The translations under genes were made by a program, and so were the position numbers. DNA of 64,000 nucleotides, taken from Dictyostelium discoideum (taxonomy: Eukaryota). The stretch lies in contig CM000153.2 in the NCBI GenBank assembly GCA_000004695.1, positions 992,001 to 1,056,000 on the forward strand. The letters run 5' to 3'. Below, one piece after another: positions 36,621 to 49,763 of the stretch; the stretch's first letter is position 1; the number at the start of each line of letters is the position of its first letter. Under the pieces are notes generated by a model. The model did not search any database. It was not told the DNA's origin and saw nothing but the letters and a program-made list of their open reading frames with translations.

Positions 36621-37466
36621 AATATAATTGAAAGATTAAAAAAAATAAAATAAAAACAAAAAAGATTTTTATAGATAATCCCAAAAATTATTTTATTTAC
36701 ATTTTATATTATTTTTTTTTTTTTTGATCATTGTTTTTTAGATTTTTTTTTTTTGTCATAATTTTATTGATTTTTTAAACAATATAAAATTTTCTTTTTT
36801 ACCACATTTGTTTTCATAAACACTATAATTTGTTATTTTATAAAATATCTTCTTTTTTTAAAATTTCAAATGCAATTGAGGCAATAAACCAATAATAATT
36901 TAAATAATATTTAAATTTTTTTTTTTTTTTAAAAAATATAAAAAAAGGTAATTAAATTTATTAAAAAACTTCCCTCGGGATATCCAAAATAATGATTTAA
37001 ACAAGTGAAGTAAATAAAATTAAAATTAGTAAATTTTTTTACTAAAATTTAAAATAAAATCCAATAACATTGAAATTGATACTATCTGTTGTAATATAAT
37101 TATGTAATAATTAAATTGTTACAATTATGTTTTATCAAGATATTAAATTATATACAATCTCCCTCACAAACTAAAATAATTTATGTTTATATAATTAGAC
37201 TTTTCTCACCTGGGTGGGAAAAAGCCACGTGGTGAGTTTTTAATGTCGATTGAAAAACTCACAAACATAATTTTAAATCTCAAATATATTGTGTTAATGT
37301 TCAACAACTATCCTTATTTATTTTTAAAAAAAAAAAAAAAAAAAAATATTTATCTCATAATAAAATTATTCTAAAAGTCTAGTTTTTTCCTTTCTCCCCG
37401 AAACAAGAAAAAGAATAAAAATAAACTTGATATTAAAATTTAGGATAAAAAATCTATTGTATAAAT

Positions 37467-37511
<45 letters not shown>

Positions 37512-37583
37512 AAACTTGGAAAATAAAATAAAAATACAACCAAGTTTTAGTTAACTATAATTAAATAATAGAATATCTTAAAA

Positions 37584-39872
37584 ATGGATACATTATCATT
37601 ATTTTTAGGATCAAAGGTAATAATAATAATTAGATTATTATTATTATTATTATTATTATAATTATTATTTTAAAATTAAAACCATATAATATTAATAATA
37701 TTTCTTTTATTTTAGGGTGAAAATAAAAAATTATTTAGCCAACTTTCAAAAATGGTATTAAACTCTGCAATTGATTCAAGAATTCAATACTGTGGTAATG
37801 AACCTTCAATTTTTGAAGATGATTATTTTGAATCTGATAATTTTAAAAAATCAAGTGAATTAATTAAAGAAAATACAAAGTTAATTTGTAATTATATTAA
37901 AGATTCTACTCAATTTTCAAGTTTACGATATCAAGCTCATATGATAGAAGATCCTTTAATTCCAAGTTTTATTGGTACAATTTCAGGCCTTTATTATAAT
38001 ACTAATACATGTACTCCTCAAGTTTCTAATAAATCTTCCTTTATTGAACATGCATTTGCTAGTGACCTATGTTCAATGGTAGGTTATGATACAAGTAAAA
38101 TACCAGATTATTATAATTCAATGAAAACAGTTTCAATAAAAGAAATAATTAAAAGAGAAGTTGAAACTGTATATCCTCATGGTCATAATACTAGTGGTGG
38201 TTCAGTATCAAACATTGAAGCATGTTGGTCAAGTTATTGGGTTAAATTTATTCCAGTTGCAATTAAAAATGCATTATTAAATGAAAATGATTTAATTGAT
38301 TCCAGGGAATTAACAATTACCCTAAATGATTGTAAAACTAATAAACAATTAATTGAATGTACAAATTGGGAATTATCAAATTTAAATGGAGATTTATCAG
38401 TAAAATTACCATATCAAATAAGTTTAGAATGTAATTTACCAATTGAAAATGTTTATGAAATTATTAAAAGATATCATTCGTGTTCATTGGGTGCATATCG
38501 GTTTTTTGTGGATAATCAAATTAATCAACCAATTTATTTAATACCAGCATCAGCTCATTATTGTTTTAAAAAAGCAGTATGTTTGATTGGATTAGGTTCA
38601 ACAAATATAAAATTAATAAAAATTGAACCAAATGGTAGAATAAATATAAATGATGTGAAAATGATTATTAAAAATTGTATTGAGAATCAAATTCCAATTA
38701 TTAATATCATATCGATATTAGGTTCAACCCAAGAGTATGGTGTCGATAATATTGATGAAATAGTTTCAATTAGAAATCAAGTAAGAAGAGACTTGAATTT
38801 TAATTTTGAAATGCATGTAGATGGTGCATTCGGTGGATATTCATTATCATGTATTAGAGATAACTTTCAATTGGAAAATCCATTAGATGATCAATTATTA
38901 TTTCCTAATAATATTGAAAATGAAAATAACAATCAAAATGAAATTGATTCATTTGATCCAGAATTAATAATTAGTAGTTATGTTAAAAAACAATTACATG
39001 CTTGTAAATTTGTAGATTCAATTACATTGGATGGTCATAAATCTGGCTTTTTACCATTTTCAAATAGTACAATTTGTTATAGAAATTCAAAGTATAAAGA
39101 TATTATTACACTCTCTTCTGCTTATATAGATATCTGTAAAAAGAATATTCCAAACTGTGGCGTGTTTGGTATTGAAGGTTCTCGTCCAGGTTATTCTTCA
39201 ATCGCAGGTTATTTAACTCATTCAATAATTCGTCCTTCGAAAATTGGATATGGTAAAATTTTAAAAAGATGTATTTTTAATGCAAAATTATTTTATATAT
39301 CCTTGTTAATTAAATTCGATGGTAATAATGGTAATAATATAAAAGTGTTTACAGTTGGTAATAATCCATCAAGTGATGTTTTAAATTATTTAAAAACAGA
39401 AATAATCGATTCGAATACTGGTAAAATCAAATCATTAGATCAAATTGTATCAAATAAAACATTATTACAAATTTTATCAAATTATGGAGCAGATTTAAAC
39501 GGTGTTTGTTTTGGTTTTAATTTTATTTCACCTTCAACTGGCGAATTAAATAATGATTATCAAAAATATGTAGAACTTAATAAAATGATAATTGATAGAT
39601 TCGATTATTCAAGAGGACCTGAAGCAGATTTGATATTTGGAAATACATTTTTAAATAATAGTTATGGTAATGAATTTATTTCAAATTTCCTTGAAACAAA
39701 TGAATTAAAAATTAATATCCCTATCTATAATAAAATCAAAATTCCAATACTAAGGTCATCAACTATGTCACCTTTTATTAGTGAAACATCTGAAGGTTCA
39801 TATATTGATATTATGCTTTACCTATTATTAAAAGAAATTACAGGTTTTTTATTTTCAATTGATAAATTATAA
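37584..39872 (+). CDS. Group II PLP-dependent decarboxylase-like protein, copy 1, about 717 aa, join(37584..37616,37716..39872).
   Basis: Exon 1 is ATGGATACATTATCATTATTTTTAGGATCAAAG (MDTLSLFLGSK), followed by a GTAATA donor. The acceptor ttttAG is at 37714-37715. Exon 2 in phase 0 begins GENKKLFSQLSKMVLNS.... The fold-type I / group II motifs are HNTSGGSVSNIEA, ILGSTQEYGVDNIDEI, MHVDGAFGGY, and the PLP-lysine motif SITLDGHKSGFLPFSNS. Confidence 0.75.
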
Positions 39873-41127
39873 TTAAGATAATAAATATTAAATAAAAAAT
39901 ATAAATATAAAAATAATACATAATCAATAAAGAATCATTAGAAATCTTAAAATGATAATAAATTTAGTATCAATGATTTTTTAATTTATCAATTATTAAA
40001 TAAATAATTTGATTAGGTGGTGTTTAATTATTTTTTTTTTTTTTTTTTTTGGAATTTATTATTAATTAAAAAAAAAAGTTTTATGATCTAACCCTATAGA
40101 TTCAAAATTCATACTAAATATTATTGACACAATTTTATCACTCACACAAGAGTATAAAATAATACAAAAGTGTTTTTAAAAATCATTATTAATGATTAAT
40201 AGATACACGTCCACCCCAAAATGGGTTATAAACAGCCAGTACAGCCCAAAGTGCACAACTAAATGCTTGTACGGGCTGTATGCAGAATCGATAGGGTTAG
40301 ATAATTACACTTTTTTATCCAATATTGTATTTATTTATTTATTTATTTATTTTTTTATAAAAAAATATTTTATTTAATTTAAATTTACACATATGAACAT
40401 ATCTGGAAAGTGGGTCATTAAAATAAAAAAAACTTTTTTTTTTAATTTTAATTAAATTTAATTTAAAATTAATTAAATTTAATAAAAATGGACATCTGTT
40501 TTAAATAATAAAGTAAAAATTGGTATATCTGTTTTAAACATTTTAATATAATTATTAAAATTTAATAAAATTTTATAATTATTATTTAAATTATTAATGA
40601 AATTAATTAAATTCTAAAAATACATTGGGTTATTAATATAACAAGATATTCTAAAACCGTATTAAAATTTCAAAAAAAAATTTCTTTGTTGCGATGAATT
40701 AGTTTTTCACAAGAGATTATATACCTTACAATAAAAAAGAATATCATTTTTTAAAAAGTAGATAAATGGATAATTAAGTAGATAATGGGATAAAAAAGTA
40801 AGATAATATTTTATGGAGTTATAATTTTAAACATATATTCTTTAATACCCGAAATTTCCTGTTTATTTAAAATTTATATTTGATAATTTTTCAAAATAAA
40901 CCAATATTAATTTGAATAGTGTTAGGTTTTTAATTTGAAATTTATAAATCGTGATAAATCTCTAAACAATTACTAATTAAATTTATATTAATTCTATAAA
41001 ATAAAAAAGTAAAATAAAAAACATTAAAAAAAAAAAAAATTTAAAACTTAATTTTTAAATTCGAAAAATTAATTAGTTATTTTAAAAATTTATATTGAAG
41101 ATAATTATAAATAAAGAATATTTTGAA

Positions 41128-43392
41128 ATGGATTCTTTATCATTATTTTTAGGATCAAAGGTAATATCTTTATATTATTATTATAAATCTCAAACCATAT
41201 TAATTAATTTTTTTTTTTTTTTAAAAAAAAATTAGGGTGAAAATAAAAAATTATTTTCTGAACTTTCAAAAATGGTATCAAACTATGCAATTGATTCAAG
41301 AATTAAATATAGTGGTAATGAACCTTCAATTTTTGAAGATGATTATTTTGAATCTGATGATTTTATAAAATCAAGTGAATTAATTAAAGAAAATACAAAA
41401 TTAATTTGTAATTATATTAAAGATTCTACTCAATTTTCAAGTTTAAGATATCAAGCTCATATGGTTACTGATCCCTTAATTCCAAGTTTTATTGGTACAA
41501 TTGCTGGTCTTTTTTATAACTCTAATATATGTACTACTCAATCTTCTAATAAAACTTCCTTTATTGAATATGAATTTGCAAATGATCTTTGTTCGATGGT
41601 AGGTTATGATACAAGTAATATACCAGATTATTATAATTCAATCAAAACAGTTTCTATAAAAGAAAAAGTTCAAAGAGAATTTGAAACTGTATATCCACAT
41701 GGTCATAATACTAGTGGTGGTTCAGTATCAAACATTGAAGCATGTTGGTCAAGTTATTGGGTTAAATTTATTCCAGTTGCAATTAAAAATGCATTATTAA
41801 ATGAAAATGATTTAATTGATTCCAAAAATTTATTTATTACATTAGAAGATGGTAAAACCAATAAATTATTAATTGAATGTACAAATTGGGAATTATCAAA
41901 TTTAAATGGTGATTTATCAGTAAAATTACCATATCAAATAAGTTTAGAATGTAATTTACCAATTGAAAATGTTTATGAAATTATTAAAAGATATCATTTA
42001 TGCTCATTAGGTACATTTAAATTTTTTGTAAAAAATAAAATTAATGAACCAATTTATTTAATACCAGCATCAGCTCATTATTGTTTTAAAAAGGCAGTAT
42101 GTTTGATTGGATTAGGCTCAGATAATATAAAACTAATAAAAATTGAACCAAATGGTAGAATGAATATAAATGAAGTAAAAACGATTATTAAAAACTGTAT
42201 TGAAAATCAAATTCCAATCATTAATATCATATCGATATTAGGTTCGACTCAAGAGTATGGTGCTGATAATATCGATGAAATTGTTTCAATTAGAAATCAA
42301 GTAAGAAGAGACTTTAATTTTAATTTTGAAATGCATGTAGATGGTGCGTTCGGTGGATATTCATTATCATGTATTAGAGAGAACTTTTGGTTGAAAAATC
42401 CATTAGATTATCAATTATCATTACCTAATAATTTTGAAAATGAACAAAATAATCAAAACGAAACTGATTCATTTGATCCAGAATTAATAATTAGTAGTTT
42501 TTTAAAAAAACAATTACATGCTTGTAAGTTTGTAGATTCAATTACATTGGATGGTCATAAATCTGGCTTTTTACCATTTTCAAATAGTACAATTTGTTAT
42601 AGAAATTCAAAGTATAAAGATATTCTAACATTAGCTCCTGTTTATGTCGATGATGGAAAAAAGAATATTCCAAACTGTGGTGTGTTTGGTATTGAAGGTT
42701 CTCGTCCTGGTCATTCTTCAGTTGCAGGTTATTTAACTCATTCAATAATTCGTCCTTCGAAAAACGGATATGGTAAACTTTTAAAAAGATGTATTTTAAA
42801 TTCGAAATTATTTTATATTTCCTTGTTAATTAAATTCGATGGTAATAATGGTAATAATATAAAAGTGGTCACAGTTGGTAATAACCCATCCAGTGATGTT
42901 TTAAATTATTTAAAAACAGAAATCATCGATTCGAATACTGGTAAAATCAAATCATTAGATCAAATTGTATCAAATAAAACATTATTACAAATTTTATCAA
43001 ATTATGGAGCAGATTTAAACGGTGTTTGTTTTGGTTTTAATTTTATTTCACCTTCAACTGGTGAATTAAATAATGATTATCAAAAATATGTAGAACTTAA
43101 TAAAATGATAATTGATAGATTCGATTATTCAAGAGGACCTGAAGCAGATTTGATATTTGGAAATACATTTTTAAATAATAGTTATGGTAATGAATTTATT
43201 TCAAATTTCCTTGAAACAAATGAATTAAAAATTAACATTCAAGCCTATAATAAAATCAAAATTCCATTACTCAGGTCATCAACTATGTCACCTTTTATTA
43301 GTGAAACATCTGATGGTTCATATATTGATATAATGCTTGACCTATTATTAAAAGAAATTACAGATTTTTTATTTTCAATTGATAAATTATAA
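41128..43392 (+). CDS. Group II PLP-dependent decarboxylase-like protein, copy 2, a tandem paralogue about 90% identical to copy 1, join(41128..41160,41236..43392).
   Basis: Same two-exon structure as copy 1. Exon 1 reads MDSLSLFLGSK and is followed by a GTAATA donor. The acceptor attAG is at 41234-41235. The protein is collinear with copy 1 and has the same motifs, including DGHK. Confidence 0.75.
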
Positions 43393-43535
43393 TAAAGATA
43401 ATTTTGAATAAAAAATTAAAAAAAAAATACTTTACATACCCAAAAAAGAACATTAAATATGGATTTCTAGAAATTAATAAAAGTTTAATATCAATACTTT
43501 TTAAAATTTAATAAATTATTAGACGAGGTGGTGTT

Positions 43536-43579
<44 letters not shown>

Positions 43580-44029
43580 TTTCTAGAAAAGTCTTAAAAA
43601 TTAATTATCTTTTAGTTTGTATATTAAAAATAACGTAGAAAGATATGAGCGTTTGGCTTATTTATTGTTGTAGTTTTGTTTTTTAGTTTTTTTAATAAGG
43701 ATAGTCTCCTCTTTTTTTATTTTTTTTATTTCTCCTTATTTTTTTTTTTATAATAATAATGAAAATTTTTTTTTAAAGAAAAAAGAATAGTGTAAGGGGA
43801 GCAGAAAAGAAAATAAAAAATAATATTAAACAAAGAATAGACCAACCGACCAGCGCCACATAAAATTACTTTTCACCACTTTAATGATGGAGTTTTTATA
43901 TCCAGCCAACCTTAGAATAGTGTTTAGGTATTGAGACAATGTTAAATCTTTGGGTAGAGTGTTGTTTTGTTTGAAAGTGTATTCTATTGGGCTATTAAAA
44001 AGTTTTAAATTTTTTAATCTTGGTGTTAG

Positions 44030-45896
44030 GATCAAAGGTAATAATTTTATATTATTATTATTATAAATTTCATACCATATTAATTATAATTTTTACAAAT
44101 TAGGGTGAAAATAAAAAATTATTTTCTGGTCTTTCAAAAATGGTATTAAACTCCGTAGTTGATTCAAGAATTCATATAGGGGTAATGAACCTTCAATTTT
44201 AGAAGACGATTATTAAAGATTCTACTCAATTTTCAAGTTTTAGATATCAAGCTCATATGGTTGTTGATCCTTTAGTTCCAAGTTTATTGGTACAATTGCT
44301 GGTCTTTTTTATAATTCTAATATCTGCACTCCTCAATCTTCTAATAAATCCTCCTTTATTGAAAGTGCATTTACAAATGATCTACGTTCGATGGTAAGTT
44401 ACGATACAAGTAAAATACCAGATTATTATAATTCAATCGAAACAGTTTCAATAAATGAAACAATTAAAAGAGAATTTGAAACTGTATATCCACATGGTCA
44501 TAATACTAGTGGTGGTTCAGTATCAAATATTGAAGCATGTTGGTCAAGTTATTGGGTTAAATTTATTCCAGTTGCAATTAAAAATGCATTATTAAATGAA
44601 AATGATTTAATTGACTCGAAAAATTTATAAATTACACTAGAAGATGGTAAAACCAATAAATTATTAATTGAATGTACAAATTGGGAATTATCAAATTTAA
44701 ATGGTGATTTATCAGTAAAATTACCATATCAAATATGTTTTGAATGTAATTTACCAATTGAAAATGTTTATGAAATTATTAAAAGATATCATTTATGTTC
44801 ATTAGGTACATTTAAATTTTTTACAAATAATCAAATTAATGAACCAATATATTTAATACCAGCATCGTCTTGTCTTAAAAAGGCAGTATGTTTGATTGGA
44901 TTAGGTTCAGATAATATAAAACTAATAAAAATTGAACCAAATGGTAGAATGAATATGAATAAAGTAAAAATGATTATAAAAGATTGTATTGAAACCAAAT
45001 TCCAATAATAAATGTCATATCGATATTAGGCTCAACTCAAGAGTATGGTGTTGATAATGTTGATGAAATATTTTCAATTAGAAATCAAGTAAGAAGAGAC
45101 TTTAATTTTAATTTTGAAATGCATGTAGATGGTGCGTTCGGTGGATATTCATTATCATGTAGTAGAGATAACTTTCAATTGGAAAATCCATTAGATGATC
45201 AATTATTATTTCCTAATAATATTGAAAATGATGATAACAATCAAAATGAAATTGTATCATTTGATCCAGAATTAATAATTAGTAGTTATTTTATGCTTGT
45301 AAATTTGTAGATTCAATTACATTGGATGGTCATAAATCTGGTTATTTACCATTTTCAAATAGTACAATTTGCTACAGAAATTCAAAGTATAAAGATGTTC
45401 TTACATTAGCTCCTGTTTATGTCGATGATGGAAAAAAGAATATTCCAAACTATGGTGTGTTTGGTATTGAAGGTTCTCGTCTAGGTCATTCTTCAGTTGC
45501 AGGTTATTTAACTCATTCAATAATTCGTCCCCTTCAAAAAGTGGATATGGTAAACTTTTAAAAAGATGTATTTTAAATTCGAAATTATTTTATAATTCAC
45601 TATTAACGAAATTCGATGGTAATAATGGTAATAATATAAAAGTGTTTACAATTGGTAATAATCCATCAAGTGATGTTTTAAATTATTTAAAAACAGAAAT
45701 AATCGATTCGAATACTGGTAAAATCAAATCATTAGATCAAATCGTATCAAATAAAACATTATTATAAATTTTATCAAATTATGGAGCAGATTTAAACGGT
45801 GTTTGTTTTGGTTTTAATTTTATTTCGCCTTCTACTGGTGAATTAAATAATGATTATCAAAAATATGTAGAACTTAATAAAATGATAATTGATAGA
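44030..45896 (+). pseudogene. Decayed third tandem copy of the PLP-decarboxylase-like gene. The start codon is lost, and there are internal deletions, frameshifts and premature stops. It ends abruptly at 45896.
   Basis: It matches copies 1 and 2 at the nucleotide level across the exon-1 remnant and intron (ggatcaaag gtaataat...attagggtgaaaataaaaaattatttt). The match breaks into three short ORFs (44391-44630, 45119-45310, 45322-45561) that carry the HNTSGGSVSN, MHVDGAFGGY and DGHKSGYLPF motifs in different frames. In-frame TAA codons occur, for example ...DSKNL*. Confidence 0.8.
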
Positions 45897-46050
45897 TTAG
45901 ATGATTTATTGGAACATTTAAATGGAATTTTAATTTTATTTTAATTTTCTTAAAATTTGATATTTTTTTTTTTTTTGTGTAATTCTTGGGAATAAAACCA
46001 ATTAAAAAATTAAAATTTCAACCTGTAATAAAATCTCAGTGTAAACACTC

Positions 46051-46087
<37 letters not shown>

Positions 46088-46407
46088 CTAAAACCTTTCG
46101 GTACTTTTAAAATTTGGGAAAAAATAAAACTTGACACTTTCACAAATGAAACAACCCAATTATTTCATTTAAAAACCACCTCCCAAACAAAATAAATATT
46201 TATAACTCGCCAACAAAACTATTTTTATAATTTGATATCGCGAACAAACAAAAAAAAAAAAATTAAAAAAAAATAAAAAATAAAAAAAATAATTCTCCCA
46301 TCATGATTCGATTGCAGTGCAAACAAAACGATATTTTTTATTTTATTTTTTTTTTTATTTTATTTTATTTTTTTTTTTTTTTCAAAACAATTTTTTGCAT
46401 AAAAAAC

Positions 46408-46440
<33 letters not shown>

Positions 46441-46775
46441 CCAATCAAACAATACTAATCAAAAAATATAAAAGTTAATCTATATTCGAAAGATTTATAC
46501 ATATTAATAAATTTTAATTTTAAATTATAATAATTTTATTTTATTTTTTTTCTTCAATTATAACTATTTTATTTAATTTTCATTCTTCTCGAGATTAAAT
46601 AACCTAATAAATTTTAAAAAAAAAAAAACCAAATCATAATTATTAATCATCTTGAATTAAAATACAAATTAATAAAATTTTAAAACTTTTCAGACAATAA
46701 GAAAAACATAAATATATTTTTTTTTTAATAAAATCAATCAATCAATCAATCAAAAAAAAAAAAAAAAAAAAGAAA

Positions 46776-47531
46776 ATGGAAGGTAAAACAATTTTAGTAA
46801 CTGGCGCATCTCGTGGTATTGGTAGAGAAATCTGTTTACAATTAGCATCCTTAAAAAATGTTAATGTTGCTTTAGCAGATGTTAATGTTTGTGAAGAAAC
46901 CATTAACTTGATGAAAGAGATCAACCCATCAGTCGAAACCTTATCAATCGTTTGTGATATCTCAAAGAGTGATCAAGTTGAAGATATGGTAAACAGAGTT
47001 GTTGTAAAATTTGGCCGTTTAGATGGTGCTGTTAACAATGCTGGTATCTTGGGTCAAATGGCTAGAATTGGAGAATATGACGAGTCAATGTTCTCTAAAA
47101 TGATGGATATCAATATCAAAGGTACCTGGTTATGCATTAAATATCAAGTCAAACAAATGGAAAAACAAGGTAAAGGTGACTACTCCATCGTTAACATTTC
47201 CTCAATCGCTGGTGTATTATCATTCCCATACAACAGTGGTTACTCTGCCGTTAAACACGCTATTCTTGGTATCACTAAATCTGCTGCTGCCGAATATGGT
47301 GCCCTCAACATTAGATGTAATGCCGTATTACCAGGTGCCTCTGAAACTGCTATGCTTAGAGAATATTTACCACCAGGTGAAGCAACTGCTCAATTAGAAG
47401 GTCACGTCCCACTCAAGAGAGTATCACACCCAAGTGAAATTGCCAAACCAGTCTTATTCTTATTAAGCCCAGAATCATCCTACATTACTGGTCAATCCTT
47501 AATTGCTGATGGTGGTCTTACTATTGTTTAA
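46776..47531 (+). CDS. Short-chain dehydrogenase/reductase (classical SDR, 3-oxoacyl-ACP reductase-like), 251 aa, single exon.
   Basis: TGASRGIG Rossmann motif, NNAG, catalytic S...YSAVKH (YxxxK) and PG motif. ATG at 46776 in an aaaATGg context. The codon usage looks like that of a well-expressed gene. Confidence 0.85.
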   Translation: MEGKTILVTGASRGIGREICLQLASLKNVNVALADVNVCEETINLMKEINPSVETLSIVCDISKSDQVEDMVNRVVVKFGRLDGAVNNAGILGQMARIGEYDESMFSKMMDINIKGTWLCIKYQVKQMEKQGKGDYSIVNISSIAGVLSFPYNSGYSAVKHAILGITKSAAAEYGALNIRCNAVLPGASETAMLREYLPPGEATAQLEGHVPLKRVSHPSEIAKPVLFLLSPESSYITGQSLIADGGLTIV

Positions 47532-47784
47532 ACAATTGTTTACAAAAAACACCCCCTCCTTCCTTATCATCATTCCTAAATGATCGATCACTTTACAAAA
47601 AAAAAAAAAAAAAAAAAAAAAATTTTTTTTTTTTTTTTTTTTTTTTTTCTTTTCTTTCTTTTATTCAAATCTTTTTTTTTTCTTTTTCTTTTTAATAAAA
47701 TTATAAACAATTCAAACTTTTATTTTTTAATTTAATTTTACTTTGTTTTATTTTATTTTGTTTTACTTTTTTTTTTTTTTTTTT

Positions 47785-49314
47785 TTAATTAACATACTGG
47801 AAAAGTTTGTCAAAATGAAATGAAATTTCTATGTTATCAATTACAATATCACCTTTTATATCTTTTATTTCAAAAATAATTTTATCCATTTGGAATCCTG
47901 GGTTAATGTCATATTTTTTAGTTCCATAGTACATTTTATTTTTATTATTAATTAATGAATTGCTATTTAATATATCATTATTAAAAGAATCCATATTTAA
48001 TTTTTTAATATTAACTTTTTCTAGAAATAATTTTGTTTGATTTGTTTTTGAATATGTTGAATTTATAAATAATAAAAAAGATAATTCACTCTCTATTTCT
48101 AAACAATTATTGTTATTATTTAAATTAATTTCATTTAATTTAAAATCATTTGAACAATGAATTAATATTGAAATTTGATTAAATTGTTTTTCTCCATTAA
48201 ATGATATTGATGTTTTTAAAATTTCATTTTTATTTATTGATGAAAAAAAAGGAATTAAACCAGATACTTGATCTATTAATTCATCTTGATTATTATTATT
48301 ATTATTAGTTGTGTTGTTGTTGTTGTTGTTGTTGTTGTTATTGTAATTATTAATACAATACATTAATGACTTTGGTTGAATTTTAAAAATATATAATTCT
48401 TCATTAAAATTATTTATTATTAAATTATTTTCATTTGTTTTTTCATCTTTTTTTGCACAAATAATTTTAATTGGATATTTATAATTTAAATAATCCAATT
48501 CATTAAATCTTGAAACATTTTTTAAAGTATTGTTTATTGTTGTTTTCAATTTATAAATATTATATTCATTAGTGTTTGACAATAATTGAAAAAATGAAAA
48601 TCCAAAATTATTTTGAAATTTTATTATTTCATTACGAAATTCATTTTGTAATTGTTTTTTCTTTTTTGGGTCAATACTAAATCCCCATTCATTACCATTA
48701 TTAATATAATCAATTTTTAAACAACTATATATTGACATATTTAAAGTTGATAATTTTAAAATTTGTTTTAAAAAAGTTGAAGTTGAAAAAGATGATAATG
48801 ACGATGAAGATGATTGTATCAGTGATGAAACAGGTTTAAAATAAAAGTCACTATATTCATTTAATAAAATTATTAATTTTGAATAATAATTTCTAATATT
48901 TAATTTTAAATTTTCATTTGAAAATTTAGAAAATTCTTGAAAATTAATAGTTTTTGAATTATAATTTGTAATAATTGATTTAATAGTTTTGTTACCAACA
49001 TTTCTAATTTCCCAAATTTTTAGTAAATCACATAAATTATTTCCATTCTCTTGTAAACTATATAAATTATTATTTAAAAATATTATAATTTCATCATTTA
49101 TTTTTTCATTTATTAATTGTTCAATATCTTGAATTAAACCATAAAATATTTTATTAAAATCATTTTGGTTTAAATAATTATTATCATCAAATGAGAATAG
49201 TGTTCCCCAAAATCCACTAAATATTCCTGATTTTAATTCATTATTAAATGGATTTAATCCAATTAAATTATATAATAATTGATATGATAATTCAATTCTA
49301 TCAATATCTTCCAT
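47785..49314 (-). CDS. Hypothetical protein of 509 aa, Asn/Ile/Leu-rich, with no recognised domain.
   Basis: ATG at 49312-49314. Long uninterrupted frame. It carries a poly-N tract typical of this genome. Confidence 0.45.
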   Translation of the reverse strand: MEDIDRIELSYQLLYNLIGLNPFNNELKSGIFSGFWGTLFSFDDNNYLNQNDFNKIFYGLIQDIEQLINEKINDEIIIFLNNNLYSLQENGNNLCDLLKIWEIRNVGNKTIKSIITNYNSKTINFQEFSKFSNENLKLNIRNYYSKLIILLNEYSDFYFKPVSSLIQSSSSSLSSFSTSTFLKQILKLSTLNMSIYSCLKIDYINNGNEWGFSIDPKKKKQLQNEFRNEIIKFQNNFGFSFFQLLSNTNEYNIYKLKTTINNTLKNVSRFNELDYLNYKYPIKIICAKKDEKTNENNLIINNFNEELYIFKIQPKSLMYCINNYNNNNNNNNNNTTNNNNNNQDELIDQVSGLIPFFSSINKNEILKTSISFNGEKQFNQISILIHCSNDFKLNEINLNNNNNCLEIESELSFLLFINSTYSKTNQTKLFLEKVNIKKLNMDSFNNDILNSNSLINNKNKMYYGTKKYDINPGFQMDKIIFEIKDIKGDIVIDNIEISFHFDKLFQYVN

Positions 49315-49763
49315 TTATATATTATATATTTATTATTTTTTTTAAAATAATTATAAAATAAAATTCAATAATACAAATAAATAATAATAATAATAAAAGA
49401 AAAAATAATAAAAATAAATAAAAAAAAAAAAAAAAAAAAGGAATATTCTTGTTGGTTGTTCAAACACACAACACAAAATTAAAATAAAATAGTTAACTAT
49501 TTTTCGAAATCGAGTGGTGAAAATAAAAAAAAAAAAAAAAAGCATGTTCCTTATCTTTTATATATAAATTTTTTTTTTTCTTTTTATTTGTTTTTTTTTT
49601 TTTATTACAATACTCTATGTTTCTTCCTTTATCTTTTCTTTTTTATTTTTTTTTTTTTTTTTAAATTTTTGAGTTTTGAATATTTTCTACAATTTCTGTA
49701 TTACTTTAACTGTATTATTATTCTTTTTATATGTATTATTTTTTAAAAAATTATTTATCGAAT

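Noticed and set aside
40190-40380. Possible tRNA or small ncRNA in the GC-richer stretch after decarboxylase copy 1
   Set aside because: I could not identify tRNA boxes A/B or a cloverleaf. I kept it only as part of the GC-island observation.
46742-46924. 60-aa minus-strand ORF overlapping the SDR gene start
   Set aside because: It is antisense to a well-supported SDR coding sequence, has a poly-F tail from a T-run, and has no motifs.
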